In this document: positions 25,493 to 37,807 of the stretch, one piece after another
Numbering within the stretch: the first letter of the stretch is position 1
Layout of the letters: every line of letters starts with the position of its first letter
From: Octopus sinensis
Taxonomy: Eukaryota
Reading direction: 5' to 3'
Assembly (NCBI RefSeq): GCF_006345805.1
Contig: NC_043007.1
Span: 24,118,001 to 24,182,000, forward strand
DNA: 64,000 nucleotides
Notes under the pieces: model-generated
Seen by the model: the letters and a program-made list of their open reading frames with translations, nothing else
Told to the model about the DNA's origin: nothing
Databases searched by the model: none
Made by a program: the position numbers and the translations under genes

Positions 25493-25616
25493 TTGTTACG
25501 AGAAAAGGTGAAACCTTTTGTGGTAGACTCTGTCCTCTACTTGAATAATGCCATTAAAAATGGACGCAAGATTCTTATTGAAGGTGCTCAATCAACTATG
25601 TTAGATATAGACTTTG
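25493..25616 (+). CDS. ADSS: Adenylosuccinate synthetase internal exon (equivalent to human exon 8), phase 0-1
   Basis: ttttAG acceptor and GTAAGT donor; encodes [41 protein letters not shown](G), the EGA[N/Q]xxLDIDxG motif of PurA/ADSS; splices in frame to 30182. Confidence 0.95.
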
Positions 25617-27132
25617 GTAAGTAAAACACTATTTACATTCATCTTTCTCTCTCTCATTACTTTATATACTGTATTTAATGGCAAAAAATAAGCCCCCCTA
25701 AAAATGTCTAAAATAATCACCTCAAGTCCTATATATAAAGTTGATCTTCCCATAAGCTCCTATTGGCTAGTTTTAATCCAGACGATGTCTTCTACTTAGC
25801 CTGACCCCATTTATAATTACAAGCTTTTTAGATACAGTATTGTTTTCTGCTATAGCTAAAGTACTTTAGTAATGTTTTGTAAATATACAACTAGATTCGT
25901 TTAAATATTACATCCTTTGCTGTACTAAAAACTCTTTTTCCTAAAAGAGAATGTATGTTTATGTATGTTTATGTATCATATATATGTATATATATAATTA
26001 GAAGAAACAAAGGGATGAAGAAATCAATAAAGCACTTAGTATAAAAAGGATTTGGTTAACAATATTCAATAATTGGACACCAGTAAATGTAAATGAAATA
26101 CAAATCCGAGCTAAATCCTCATGCATTTGTCAGCTTTATATGGTGAGATCTATAATAAAGGTGTAATTTTCTCTCTATGTATGATATATATATATATCAT
26201 CATCATCATCATTTAATGTCCGTTTTTCATGCTAGCATGGGTTGGGCGGTTTTGACTGAGGGCTGGCAACCAGATGGCTGCACCAGGCTCCAGTCTTGAT
26301 CTAGCAGAGTTTCTACAGCTGGATGCCCTTCCTAACGCCAACCACTCCGAGAGTGTAGTGGGTGCTTTTTACATGCCACCTGCACAGGGGCCAGTCAGGC
26401 GGTACTGGCAATGACCTCGCTCGAATCTTTTTACACGTGCCCACCGGCACGGGTGCCAGTGAAGCGACGTTGGTAACAATCACGCTCGAATGGTGCCCTT
26501 TTACGTGTCACGGGTATGGAAGCCAGTTGGTGTTTTTGGCACCCTACTAGCACAGGCATAAGTGCCAGTAAGGCGACACTGGTAATGAGCATACTCGAAA
26601 AGCCGCTCTGTCAACGATCACACTCGCATGGTGCTCTTTGCAACCCGCTAGCACGGATGCCAGTCATCGAAGTGATTTTGATTTTGATTTGATTTATATC
26701 TTTTTTTTTGTTTTTTACTTGTTTCAGTCATTTTGACTGTGGCCATGCTGGTGCACCGCCTTTAATCGAGCAACTCTACCTCGGGACTTATTCTTTGTAA
26801 GCCCAGTACTTATTCTATCGGTCTCTTTTGCCGAACCGCTAGGTGACGGGGACATAAACACACCAGCATCAGTTGTCAAGCAATGCGAGGGGGACAAACA
26901 CAGACACACAAACACACACGCACACACACACATATATATATATACATATATACGACGGGCTTCTTTCAGTTTCCGTCTACCAAATCCACTCGCAAGGCTT
27001 TGGTCGGCCCGAGGCTATAGTAGAAGACACTTGCCCAAGGTGCCACGCAGTGGGACTGAACCCGGAACCATGTGGCTGGTAAGCAAACTACTTACCAGAC
27101 AGCCACTCCTACGCCTATATATATATTATATA

Positions 27133-27363
27133 TATAGCAATGGAGGGGATCAATAGGTGGTTCATCAACTTTTAGACATTATATTATATTAACTTATTTA
27201 TTTACTAAACTGATAATTACAATAATATACATACATATAACATATTATGCTTTACATATTATTGTAATCATCAGTTTAGTAAATAAATAAAGAAGATAAC
27301 ATAATATAATGTCTAAAAGTTGATGAACCACCTATTGATTCCCTCCATTTTCTTATTGCTATA
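27133..27363. mobile_element. Foldback element of about 230 bp
   Basis: AATGGAGGGGATCAATAGGTGGTTCATCAACTTTTAGAC.. and its reverse complement, around a spacer of about 30 nt. Confidence 0.8.
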
Positions 27364-27535
27364 TAAATTAATAGTAAAATCTCTCTTTACCTCCACCCAT
27401 TTAGTACACTAGGTAATGTAATTGCAATGCAATAAAAAACACTTGTGTATTAATAATTGGGTATTCTACCAGCAGTATATTGGATAGATATTATCCCTTA
27501 GTTGGTTGGATTCACAACCTCTAATTTTCTTGGAA

Positions 27536-27578
<43 letters not shown>

Positions 27579-27592
27579 GTATATATATATCA

Positions 27593-27921
27593 GGCACTCT
27601 ATACACATATGACAATGAGGGTTCAGTTCCAGTTGATCTGATCAACAGAACAGCCTGCTCGTGAAATTAACGTGCAAGTGGCTGAGTACTCCACAGACAC
27701 GTGTTTTCCTTAACGTAGTTCTCAGGGAGATTCAGTGTGACATTATGTGACAAGGCTGACCATTTGAAATAACAGATACAACTCATTTTTGGCAGCTGAG
27801 TGGTCTGGAGCAATGTGAAATAAAGTGTCTTGCTCAAGGACACAATGCGCTGCCGGGAATTGAACTCACAACCTTATGATCATACGCCAAATACCCTAAC
27901 CACTAAGCCACACGCCTTCAC
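27593..27921 (-). mobile_element. tRNA-derived SINE with Deu/Nin-like core
   Basis: GTGAAGGCGTGTGGCTTAGTGG head and AGCCACTTGCACGTTAATTTCACGAGC core; copies at 56092-56414(-) and 57944-58266(+). Confidence 0.8.
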
Positions 27922-29503
27922 ACACACACATACATATAAAATTGACAAAAGTGTTGATATTGATGTTATCAACTAAAACCTGCTGAAAGTGGTGCTCCAG
28001 TATGGCCACAGTCCAATGACTAAAACCAGTAAATTTTCATCGTTGTGATTTTAGCTTCATTTTAAAACTTCAATTTTTATTTATATTATTCGTTTTCAAT
28101 TCCAGTTTTTTGATCCATTGTGACAGCCGGCCCCTCTCATTTGCAATGTCTTTTCATGATTTGATATGTAACAAAACAAACAAACTCTGTATTTATTTTC
28201 ATGGACCCTTATTCTATCTTTACATCTCCACTCCAGATTAAACATTTATTTTAATTGGTATTGAGATTTGCACACATTAACTGCCAGGAAGATGGTATTG
28301 ACTAATTAAAAGACAGTTTCTTATTTCTTTATTGCCCACAAGGGGTTAAACACAGAGGGGACAAACAAAGACAGACAAATGGATTAAGTCGATTACATCG
28401 ACCCCAGTGCGTAACCGGTACTTAATTTATCGACCCCGAAAGGATGAAAGGCAAAGTCGACCTTGGTGGAATTTGAACTCAGAACGTTTCTGCCAGCTCG
28501 CCGCCTTCAGTCAGTTTCTATATAGAAGTGATAGTGCCACTGCTAATAATCCTTTCCACTATAGGCACAAGGCCTGAAATTTTAGGGCAAGGGATTAATC
28601 AATTACATCAACCCCAGTACTTAACTGGTACTTGTTTTATTGACCCCAAAAGAATGAATTATGAAGTTGACCTTGGTAGAATTTGAACTCAGAATGTAAA
28701 GATGGATGAAATACTGCTAAGCATTTTACTTGATGTGCTCACTTCTTTGAAAACCTTCCCAATACTGGTTACAAATTAGGGTTAGGGTTTTGTTCTGGCT
28801 ATATTTTAACCCTGAAAGGATGAAAGGCAAATTTGACCCCGGTGGTATTTGAACTCAGAACGTAAAGTGGGAAGAAAAGCCACTAAGCATTTTCCCCAAT
28901 ATGGTAATAGTTCTGCCTACTCGCTGCCTTATAACCAGAGGAAATATTACAAATCTTTTTGTCTGATGTTCAAACATTTCTGCCAATCCACCAAGGTATA
29001 AAAGCCAGAAATTTACAAGAGATTGAAAGTGCAGTGGATTACATCAACTCTGGTATGCAGCTGGTGACAAGTTATTTTAACCTACATAGAGCCATCTGTC
29101 AAAGAATTCTAAGCCTATGTTTACATATTGTTTTATAGACTACAACAAAACATTTGACAGTAAAACATGTGGAATGAAAAATACTCCCTGATTAATTATC
29201 AACAAAGATGACATAGAAAACCGTGTGACTACAGTAAATGACAATGTCCTGTGGAATGGAAATGAATGTAAACAAGACAAACTGCTGTAAGTCGGCCTTG
29301 ACTGGCGATGCTGGTGTAGTTTAGTTCAAATTACTGTTGGCCAATGTCTCCTTGACTAGTGACATCGATGTTGTTGGTGTCCAGCATGTAGGTCAATGAC
29401 TGTATAGATGGGGAAGGACTTGTTGATCTGACTGTCATACTTTGCAACATAGTGAACTCTGCTAAATGCATCCATGAACCAAGTGTTCATGGTAAATAAG
29501 ACA

Positions 29504-29930
29504 GCATAAGGCGGTGAGCTGGCAGAAACGTTAAGCATGCCAGGCGAAATGCGTAGCCGTATTTCGTCTGTCGTTACGTTCTGAGTTCAAATTCCGCCGA
29601 GGTCGACTTTGCCTTTCATCCTTTCGGGGTCGATAAATTAAGTACCAGTTACACACTGATGTTGATGTAATCGACTTAATCCGTCTGTCTGTCCTTGTTT
29701 GTCTCCTCTGTGTTTAGCCCCTTGTGGGTAGTAAAGAAATAGGTATTTCGTCTGCTGCTACGTTCTGAGTTCGAATTCTGCCGAGGTCAACTTTGCCTTT
29801 CATCCTTTTGGGGTCAATTAAATAAGTACCAGTTACGCACTGGGGTCAATGTAATTGACTTAATCCGTTTGTCTGTCCTTCTTTGTCCTCTCTGTGTTTA
29901 GTCCCTTGTGGGTAGTAAAGAAATAGGTAT
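29504..29930 (+). mobile_element. Meta-domain-like SINE, dimeric form
   Basis: TAAGGCGGTGAGCTGGCAGAA head and GTCGACTTTGCCTTTCATCCTTTCGGGGTCGATAAATTAAGTACCAG core, repeated twice; other copies at about 28320-28510, 34287-34655, 35480-35850, 42860-43310, 48236-48805, 52357-52745, 53348-53750, 55436-55856 (TSD GGCCATGATAT), 61891-62120, 63775-64000. Confidence 0.85.
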
Positions 29931-30181
29931 TTTATCCAGTGAAACCTATTTATTTCATTCTGTCTGTAGGACAGTACATCAACTGGAAATGTCGTGTGTG
30001 ATAGGCTGGTATCCTCTGCATGGCAGGGTGGGGCAAGATTTAATCTTGATCAACTTAATACTATGAAACCAAACCGGATGTGTTTGAGATGTCATTTACA
30101 AAACCCCTGACCTATTATATTTTTACTGTCTCCAAAACCACTGTTCCATTTGTAACTCGTTGTTATGTGACTCTGTTTTAG

Positions 30182-30336
30182 GTCCCTATCCATATGTGAC
30201 CAGCTCTAATTGTAGTGTCGGTGGTGTGTGTACTGGACTTGGTATCCCACCTCGTAACATTGGCAATGTCTACGGAGTGGTGAAAGCATACTTGACTCGA
30301 GTTGGTGCTGGAGGATTTCCTACAGAGTTATTAGAT
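30182..30336 (+). CDS. ADSS: Adenylosuccinate synthetase exon (human exon 9 equivalent), 155 nt
   Basis: ttttAG/GTGAGT; encodes (G)[51 protein letters not shown]. Confidence 0.97.
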
Positions 30337-30395
30337 GTGAGTATTATGTGTATGTATATAATGTGCGTGTGTGTGTATTATATATATATATATAT

Positions 30396-30682
30396 ACAAC
30401 TTATAAACAAGGGCAAAAGAAATAAATTTCTAATGCCGAAACTAGACACAACGTCCATAACCATATAATTCATCACTATAAGCACACATTTCGAAGAAAG
30501 CCGACAGATTTCTAAAAAATTCCCTTATTATCATATCAGACGCGTTAATTCAGAGTTAATTTATAAGAACCTTCTCTTCATCAGTGATAAATGCGGCAAA
30601 GAAATAAATGAAATACTTACTCCTACCCATGGAATTATTTGGTATTAGAAATTTTTTTCTTTTGCCCTTGTTTATAAGTTGT
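30396..30682. mobile_element. Inverted-repeat element (about 50-bp arms) in an ADSS intron
   Basis: ACAACTTATAAACAAGGGCAAAAGA / TCTTTTGCCCTTGTTTATAAGTTGT. Confidence 0.75.
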
Positions 30683-30767
30683 TTATAAATTTAACCTTTA
30701 ATGGTATTTTTTAATATGCTGGCCATTGATAACATTTTTTTCGAAAAATTTTATCCTATATTAGATG

Positions 30768-30832
<65 letters not shown>

Positions 30833-31896
30833 TCTTTCTCTTATCTGTCTCTATCATATTGACAGTTTGCTGAGTTGTTGGTAATGGTGTTTAACCCTTG
30901 GCTGGCTTTGATTCAGGACTGGAACTACCGTGGACTGGTTGCTAAACAACAATTCAATGAGTACAAGCCAACAAGGGAATCTCTTTACATGGTCACTTGG
31001 TTTGCTAGAAACAGCAGCCAGTTATGCCTAAAATCTCACGCTATTGTCTAAAACATGGAAGAACATATTGAACAAATATGTCTGAAAAAAGAAAGGATGG
31101 TCACATCTGGAACATAGATTTGCTGGATAAGAACCCAGGATGAAACAAGAAAGAACACAGCTGCAATGTTTTATGATCATTAATCTGCTGGAACAGAACA
31201 GACTTTGGGCTCAATGAATAAGGATTAATGCCCCACCTGCTCTCTGATTCAGGTTGTTGTTTAAATCTTTTAGCAGTTCTAATCCTGGAGACCTACAATC
31301 CAAGATTTTACATCTGGTGCCTGTCCTGCCTTTTATTCATACATGGTGTATGTCAGATTTATGATCAATGATATTGCGTCTCTGAATATCTCTCTCTTCT
31401 ATTCAGACATCATGTATCTAGGACTATATTATCGAATGTGTCTTTCCTTGTTTAGTCCTTGGTTACTTCAAATCCAGTTGACCTCTGGTCATAGGTGTGA
31501 CTCTCTTTTATTCAGACACAGTGTATCTAGGCCTACATTATCTTATGTGTCCTTCCTTGTTTAGCATTTAGTTAGTTCCAGTCCAGCAGATTTATGACCA
31601 TAGGTGTTGCAGAGTAATTATAATCTTTTGAACATTTTAAATATTAAAAAAAATATATCAATTTAGATATTTTAAATATTAAAAATATATATCATATTTT
31701 TTAATAATTTTCAAAAATCCACTGAAATCATTCTTCAATATTGATCCTGTTTGGTTGTCATGGTTATTTCTATCATTATTTGTCATTTAATTTTATTTCT
31801 GTTCTGTTGTGTCTGGGGAGAGTCATTTTCTTTTTGTGCCTTATAATGTAACACACACACCGGTAAAATTTCCACTTATTTCTTATTTTTATTTTC

Positions 31897-31933
31897 CTAA
31901 AATCTTCGTTGCGTCTTGCAACGTTTTCAATAG
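31897..31933 (-). ncRNA. Minimal hammerhead-like fold, U3-A8 variant
   Basis: CTA-TTGAAAA-C-GTTGC[AAGAC]GCAAC-GAA-GATT-T-TAG; A15.1 is G in this copy. Confidence 0.6.
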
Positions 31934-32141
31934 TCTTGACTCTGTTATTATTTATCATTTGGTGTAATTTCTGTTTATCATTTGATGTTATTTTTTTGTT
32001 GTCATTTGCTCTCATTTCTGTTACTTGCCATATGTTTGTTGTCTGATATTTGTTATTATTTCTAATTTGATAACATCCCTGTTATTATCCTGCCATATAA
32101 CGTGAACAACTGTTTGTGAGCTAAAAATTATTACTTCACAG

Positions 32142-32266
32142 GACCTGGGTGACTTGTTGCAAAAACGTGGTGCTGAGTTTGGTGTGACCACTGGAAGGAG
32201 GCGCCGAATTGGCTGGATAGACATGGTTATGCTCCGATATTCTCACATGATCAATGGATTCTCAGC
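32142..32266 (+). CDS. ADSS: Adenylosuccinate synthetase exon (exon 10 equivalent), 125 nt
   Basis: cacAG/GTAAGT; encodes [41 protein letters not shown](A), the aspartate-binding GxTTGRxRR loop. Confidence 0.97.
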
Positions 32267-32793
32267 GTAAGTTGATTCTCTGTTTGACTTCAGGACATTC
32301 AATATGGTTGTCGTGAGACGGCCCAGTATATAAAGCATTGAGCTGCATCATGCATTTAATTCTGATGCAGATATTTTATTGCATATCTGGGGCAGTACAC
32401 TTTATTCTACATCACTTCTTTTTGCCTCGGAAGGACATGACTGAGTATAGCGGTTTGGATGCTCACGATTTAGCACAGCTGTTTTGCGACGGTATGTTTC
32501 GTCACTAGAATCAAACACACTCTCACTCGCATGCATATGCATGCAGAAGTATACACATACAAATAGCGTGATTGACATACTTTCACTCTCCTCATACATG
32601 ACAAGAAATATACTCACGCATATAAACAAAGAAAAAGTGAGGGAGAGAGACATTATGCGGTGGCAGCAGCGACGACGAAGAAGAAGAAGACAACAATCTT
32701 TTCTACTATAGGCATAAAGTATAAAATTTTGTGGGAGGGGGCTATCCAATTACATTGGCCCCAGTGTTCTGCTGGTACTTATTTCATCAACCC

Positions 32794-32836
<43 letters not shown>

Positions 32837-33403
32837 GTGGCAAGCTGGCAGGATTTGTTACCAAGTAACACTGGGGTAAAATATACGAAGCCCAGTATAC
32901 CTGTCTAATAAGGGTACACCAGGCACATACATCACAACCAAATGTGCGCGACATGGTGATCTCATATCAAGATAAACAGCGCATGGCCTTGCAAGTAGGG
33001 CCCAGTTAGAATTTTCTTCTGGTTGAATAACCCATCCTGCTCAAAAGGTCCCTGAATAAGGATTGTTTAAGGATGTTGAACGAACCACCCATGTTTCCAA
33101 AGGTGAAGTATTCAAACCTCTAAGAATGCCTCTCAACACATGGCTATGATGCTCCCCCACTACTTCTGCTCGTGATCAGAGATGCACATATCATCAGCCA
33201 CTAAGGGACATGCTCAACTGGTTACGGTCAAACAACTGACAAACATATCTGTGGTATTGAGCAGAATATTTGTTGTAGCCCATCTTCTATACCAAGACAA
33301 AACAATGTACATGATAACACTTACCTATCAGTTAAGATCAGAAGCCATGAGAGCCACTGCCTGGTACTGCATCAGGGAATTATGATACTGCATCAGGGCA
33401 TTA

Positions 33404-33436
<33 letters not shown>

Positions 33437-33472
33437 CATCATCATCATCATTTTATTTTTTTATTTTATTAA

Positions 33473-33527
<55 letters not shown>

Positions 33528-33768
33528 GGGTGATAGATTGGCAGAAACATTATTTCGTTAGACAGCCTTCTACACTCTAAGTTAAAATCCTGCTGAGATC
33601 AACTTTCGTCTTTCATCCTTCTAGGATCAATAACAGGCAGTACCAGTAAGCTACTGGAGTCAATTTGATCAACCAAGTCTCCTTCCCCACTCCTACCCCA
33701 TTTCTAGCCCTGTGCCTATATCAAAAGGAATTATTTTATTTTCAATTTCTTATTTCTCCCATTTGCAG

Positions 33769-33866
33769 TGTTGCTATTACTAAATTGGATATTCTTGATG
33801 TTCTGAAGGAAGTCAAAATCGGAATAACTTACAAACTTGATGGTAAACCCATAGAGTCTATACCAG
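33769..33866 (+). CDS. ADSS: Adenylosuccinate synthetase exon (exon 11 equivalent), 98 nt
   Basis: tgcAG/GTAAAT; encodes VAITKLDILDVLKEVKIGITYKLDGKPIESIP, including the TKLD GTP-recognition motif. Confidence 0.97.
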
Positions 33867-35109
33867 GTAAATATATATACATGCATGTGTTGTGTTCATT
33901 TGTTTTGCTTTATGCCTCTTTTGCCGTGTTAGTATAGCTTTGTCGTGGGTAGGTGGCATTTATCATTGCCAATCCTTGCCTGCTTTTTATATAAGAGATT
34001 TTTTTAATTCCAGAGGAATTCAAAGGCGCAGGACCAGTGATTGATTTGTGGATAGAAAATATCATCAAAATTCATCAGTTGTAGGTGCAGCCATTGCTGT
34101 GTGGTGAAGAATCTTGCTTTGCAACCACATGGTTTCAGGTTCGGTCCCTCTACGTGGTACCTTGGGGCAACCAATGCCCTATGAGTGAATTTGGTTGATA
34201 GAAATTATATGGTTGTCCATCATATGTGTATGTCTGTCTTTGTGTTTATGTTTGTCCTCCATCTGTTATTTTTTAGTCAGTGTTGGTTTCTTATTTCTTT
34301 ATTGCCCACAAGGGGCTAAACATAGAGGGGACAAACGGATTAAGTCGATTATATTGACCCCAGTGCGTAACTGGTATTTAATTTATCGACCCCGAAAGGA
34401 TGAAAGGCAAAGTTTACCTCAGCAAAATTTGAACTTAGAACGTAGCAGCAGACGAAATACCTATTTCTTTACTACCCACAAGGGGCCAAACAAGGACAGA
34501 CAAATGGATTAAGTCGATTATATCGACCCCAGTGCATAACTGGTACTTATTTAATCGAACCCGAAAGGATGAATGGCAAAGTCAACCTCGACAGAATTTG
34601 AACTCAGAACATAGTGGCAGACGAAATACTGCTAAGCATTTCGTCCGGCATGCTAATGTTTTTGCCAGCTCCCCCTTTACATAACCTTCTTTCAGCTTCT
34701 GACTACCAAATTCACTCAAGGCTTTAGTTGGCCCAAGGCTGTAGTTGAAGATACTTGCACAAGGCGCCATGAAGTGGGACCAAATCAGGAATCATGTGGT
34801 TGGCATACAAACTTCTTACCATTCAACCACCCTTTAAAATTTTTTTATATTTTTCTGCCAGAGATCACAAAGACAATTTAGCACACCAAGAGTGCTAATT
34901 GCTATTAAATGAATAATAAAAAAAAAGCCTTTGTTATTCTCTTTTTCATTGTTCTATTTATAAGCTTTATTTATAGTGACTGACTAGAAAGATGATATTT
35001 ATAATGAGTGAAAGGCAGACATATTTTTAAAGTGGATTATAATTCATCTGAGGTGTTCCCTTTAAAAGATATTTAGTACATTTTTGTTTTTGTTTTTATT
35101 TTCTCTCAG

Positions 35110-35259
35110 CATCTGATGAAGACCTGAAGCGTGTAGAAGTAGAATATTTGACATTACCGGGATGGTTAACTTCGACGGAAAATGTTCGCAAGTTTGAAGA
35201 TCTTCCTGAAAATGCACAAAAATATGTCCGTAAGATTGAAGAACTGTTAAATGTACCAG
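35110..35259 (+). CDS. ADSS: Adenylosuccinate synthetase exon (exon 12 equivalent), 150 nt
   Basis: ctcAG/GTAAGA; encodes (A)SDEDLKRVEVEYLTLPGWLTSTENVRKFEDLPENAQKYVRKIEELLNVP. Confidence 0.96.
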
Positions 35260-36558
35260 GTAAGATGGCAGATTATGATATGTTTCTGTCTTTCTTTCTT
35301 TTTTTTTTTTTTTTTTTTTTTGTCTTTTTGGTTTTCTATTCCTTAGTAAAGTTTAAAAAAGAAATATAGCAGAAAATATTTACAGCTAAATATCTAAATA
35401 TATTCAGGCAGATAACTGTCTAAGATTTACTACTAAATATCTATAAATATTCAGACAATGAGCTGCCTAAATATATTTCCTTATTGTCCCCAAAGGCTGA
35501 ACTTAGAGGGGACAAACAAGGACAGACAAAGGGATTAAGTCGATTACATCAACCCCATTGCATAACTGGTACTTATTTGATCAACCCCAAAAGAAAGTAT
35601 GAAAAGCAAACTTGACCTCAGCAGAATTTGAACTCAGAACGTAACAGCAGACGAAATACCACTAAGCATTTTGCCCGGTGTGCTAACAATTCTGCCAGCT
35701 TGCTGCCCTGCTAGATATATTTATATATTTCTTTACTACCCACAAGAGGCTAAACATAGAGGGGACAAACAAAGAGAGACAAAGGGATTAAGTCGATTAC
35801 ATCGACCCCAGTGCATAACTGGTACTTATTTAATCAACCCTAAAAGGATGAAAAGCAAAGTCATGGTTTCCCTAGTGATGGCAACTCTTACAAGGGGGAT
35901 AATCATTTCTTCATAATGAGGCAGGATTTGAAATTAAGGAATTATTTGAAGAGAGATGTGTAGAATTTACATATTTTTTGTTTACTTACTGTGATGTTCT
36001 TGCAATTTCTAGTTTGTTTTGGCATGGTTTCTATGGCTGGATGCCCTTCCTATACATACCACTGGCATGGGTGCCATTTGCGTGATACCACTATCTGCCA
36101 CGACTGTAGTTTTACTAGACTTGACGGGTCTTCTTCTCAAGCATAGCATAATGCCAAATGGTCTTGGTCATTGCTTCCATGTGGCCCAACACTCGAAGCC
36201 TAGCATAATGCCTGATGGTCTTGGCCCTTGCCTCTGATATGGCCGGTTTAAATAATAATAATAACGATTTCAAATTTTGGCACAAGACCAGCAATTTCAG
36301 GAAGAGGGAAAGTTGATTACATCAACCCCAGTGCTCAGCTGGTCCTTATTTTATTGACCATGAAAGGATGAAAGACAGTTGACCCTGGCGGGATTTGAGC
36401 TCAGAACTAAAGACAGATGAAATGCCACTGAGCACTTTTGCCCACCGTGCTAACAATTCTGCCAGTTCACCACCTTGCTGCTACTACTACTACTAATAAT
36501 AATATTTTATTTATTTCTTAAAAAATATTAACTCTATTTGCTTATTTATTTAACTATT

Positions 36559-36663
36559 ATCATTAACCTGAAGATTGACTATACTTTAAATTCGAATTTT
36601 CAATTGAATTTAAACTTAATTGTAATTCGAATTTAATTATAGCCATGAAACGTACGTAATGAT
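36559..36663 (+). ncRNA. Hammerhead fold relic in the last ADSS intron
   Basis: CTGAAGA 36568-74; stem II TGACTATA/TATAGCCA with inner TTAAATTCGAATT/AATTCGAATTTAA; GAA-ACGT-A; stem I ATCATTA/TAATGAT with two mismatches next to the core. Confidence 0.65.
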
Positions 36664-36705
36664 GGTAACAATAATAATTTTCTTCTTTATATATTTTTCT
36701 AACAG

Positions 36706-36758
36706 TGAAATGGATTGGAGTAGGCCAAGCCCGTTCTTCCATCATCCAAGTATTTTAA
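36706..36758 (+). CDS. ADSS: Adenylosuccinate synthetase terminal coding exon, 53 nt including TAA
   Basis: ctaacAG acceptor; encodes (V)KWIGVGQARSSIIQVF*, matching the ADSS C-terminus KWIGVGKSRESMIQLF. Confidence 0.95.
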
Positions 36759-37032
36759 AAGAAGGAAGACCTGTCGCTGTTCTGCCATCTTCCCGGATGG
36801 TAGTGAGACATCAAAGACCCTACTACTGCTGCAGTTCATGGGGGCTCTTCACGGAGAGCCCGCATCTTGTAATTGTCTTTCATTTATGTTGGGATGAAGA
36901 AACTTAAAGAAGTTAATAATAATAATAATTATTATTATTATTATTATTATTTCTACATTTTTCTCAGTCATGGTGGAAACTTTAACAATAGAACAACATA
37001 GTTTTCCTTATATTTTAGAAAAGATTTAAAGA

Positions 37033-37038
37033 AATAAA
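37033..37038 (+). promoter_or_regulatory. Candidate ADSS polyadenylation signal AATAAA
   Basis: first AATAAA about 275 nt after the stop, followed by T-rich sequence; motif only. Confidence 0.3.
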
Positions 37039-37580
37039 TTTAAAAAAAACACCATTGTTTCTTATAATCCTGCCATTGTAAAAACAAAGGATATTCTCCT
37101 AACGGTATTTCTTTAAATTATTATTTCCTAGTTATTATTACTAATACTAACACTAATAATAACAAATGATAAAAGAGAATGTTATTTCTTTCGCCTTACC
37201 ATCTTTCAAGAGGTGAAAGGCTAACTGGATTAACAGCAGGAATTTAACCAAATTCATTACTACAATTTACTACAACTCCACCACCAGCAGCAGCAGCAGA
37301 TAGCCTAGTCTTTTTAAAATAAATGAATAAAATGAGAAAAAAAAAAAAAACGTAATTATGTACAAGTTATTCCTTTGTTTTAATTGTTGTTGCTTTCTAA
37401 TATCTTCTGACGGTAAACTGAAAGGTAAGACCTGTGTCCTTCATGGCCAGACATATTCAAGCAGAATATTGGCTATTAAGAACCAGGACAGTCATGTACA
37501 ACTATTGCCTGAAGTCAAGACAAGGAGAAACAAACATATACTAACGCTGACCTTCACTCATACATGTGTATATGTATACA

Positions 37581-37676
<96 letters not shown>

Positions 37677-37771
37677 ATATATGGAGAGTTCACGAAAAAA
37701 ACAAAAGACGAAGACAGGTGGTGTACAAAACAAACAGATGTATTAGTATAACTCTCAGGAATTGAAAAAGT

Positions 37772-37807
37772 CTTTTACATTTCGAGCCTATGCTCTTCTA
37801 CAGAAAG
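37772..37807 (-). ncRNA. Minimal type-I hammerhead fold, A6U variant, within a short PLE-like repeat (37681-37862)
   Basis: CTTT-CTGTAGA-A-GAGC[ATAG]GCTC-GAA-ATGT-A-AAAG; all three stems pair. Confidence 0.68.

Noticed and set aside
28776-28787. Interstitial telomeric repeat (TTAGGG)2
   Set aside because: Only two units, inside a degenerate SINE; consistent with chance
25493-36758. Horizontal (bacterial) origin of ADSS because of the EGAQ motif
   Set aside because: Intron positions and phases match the vertebrate gene
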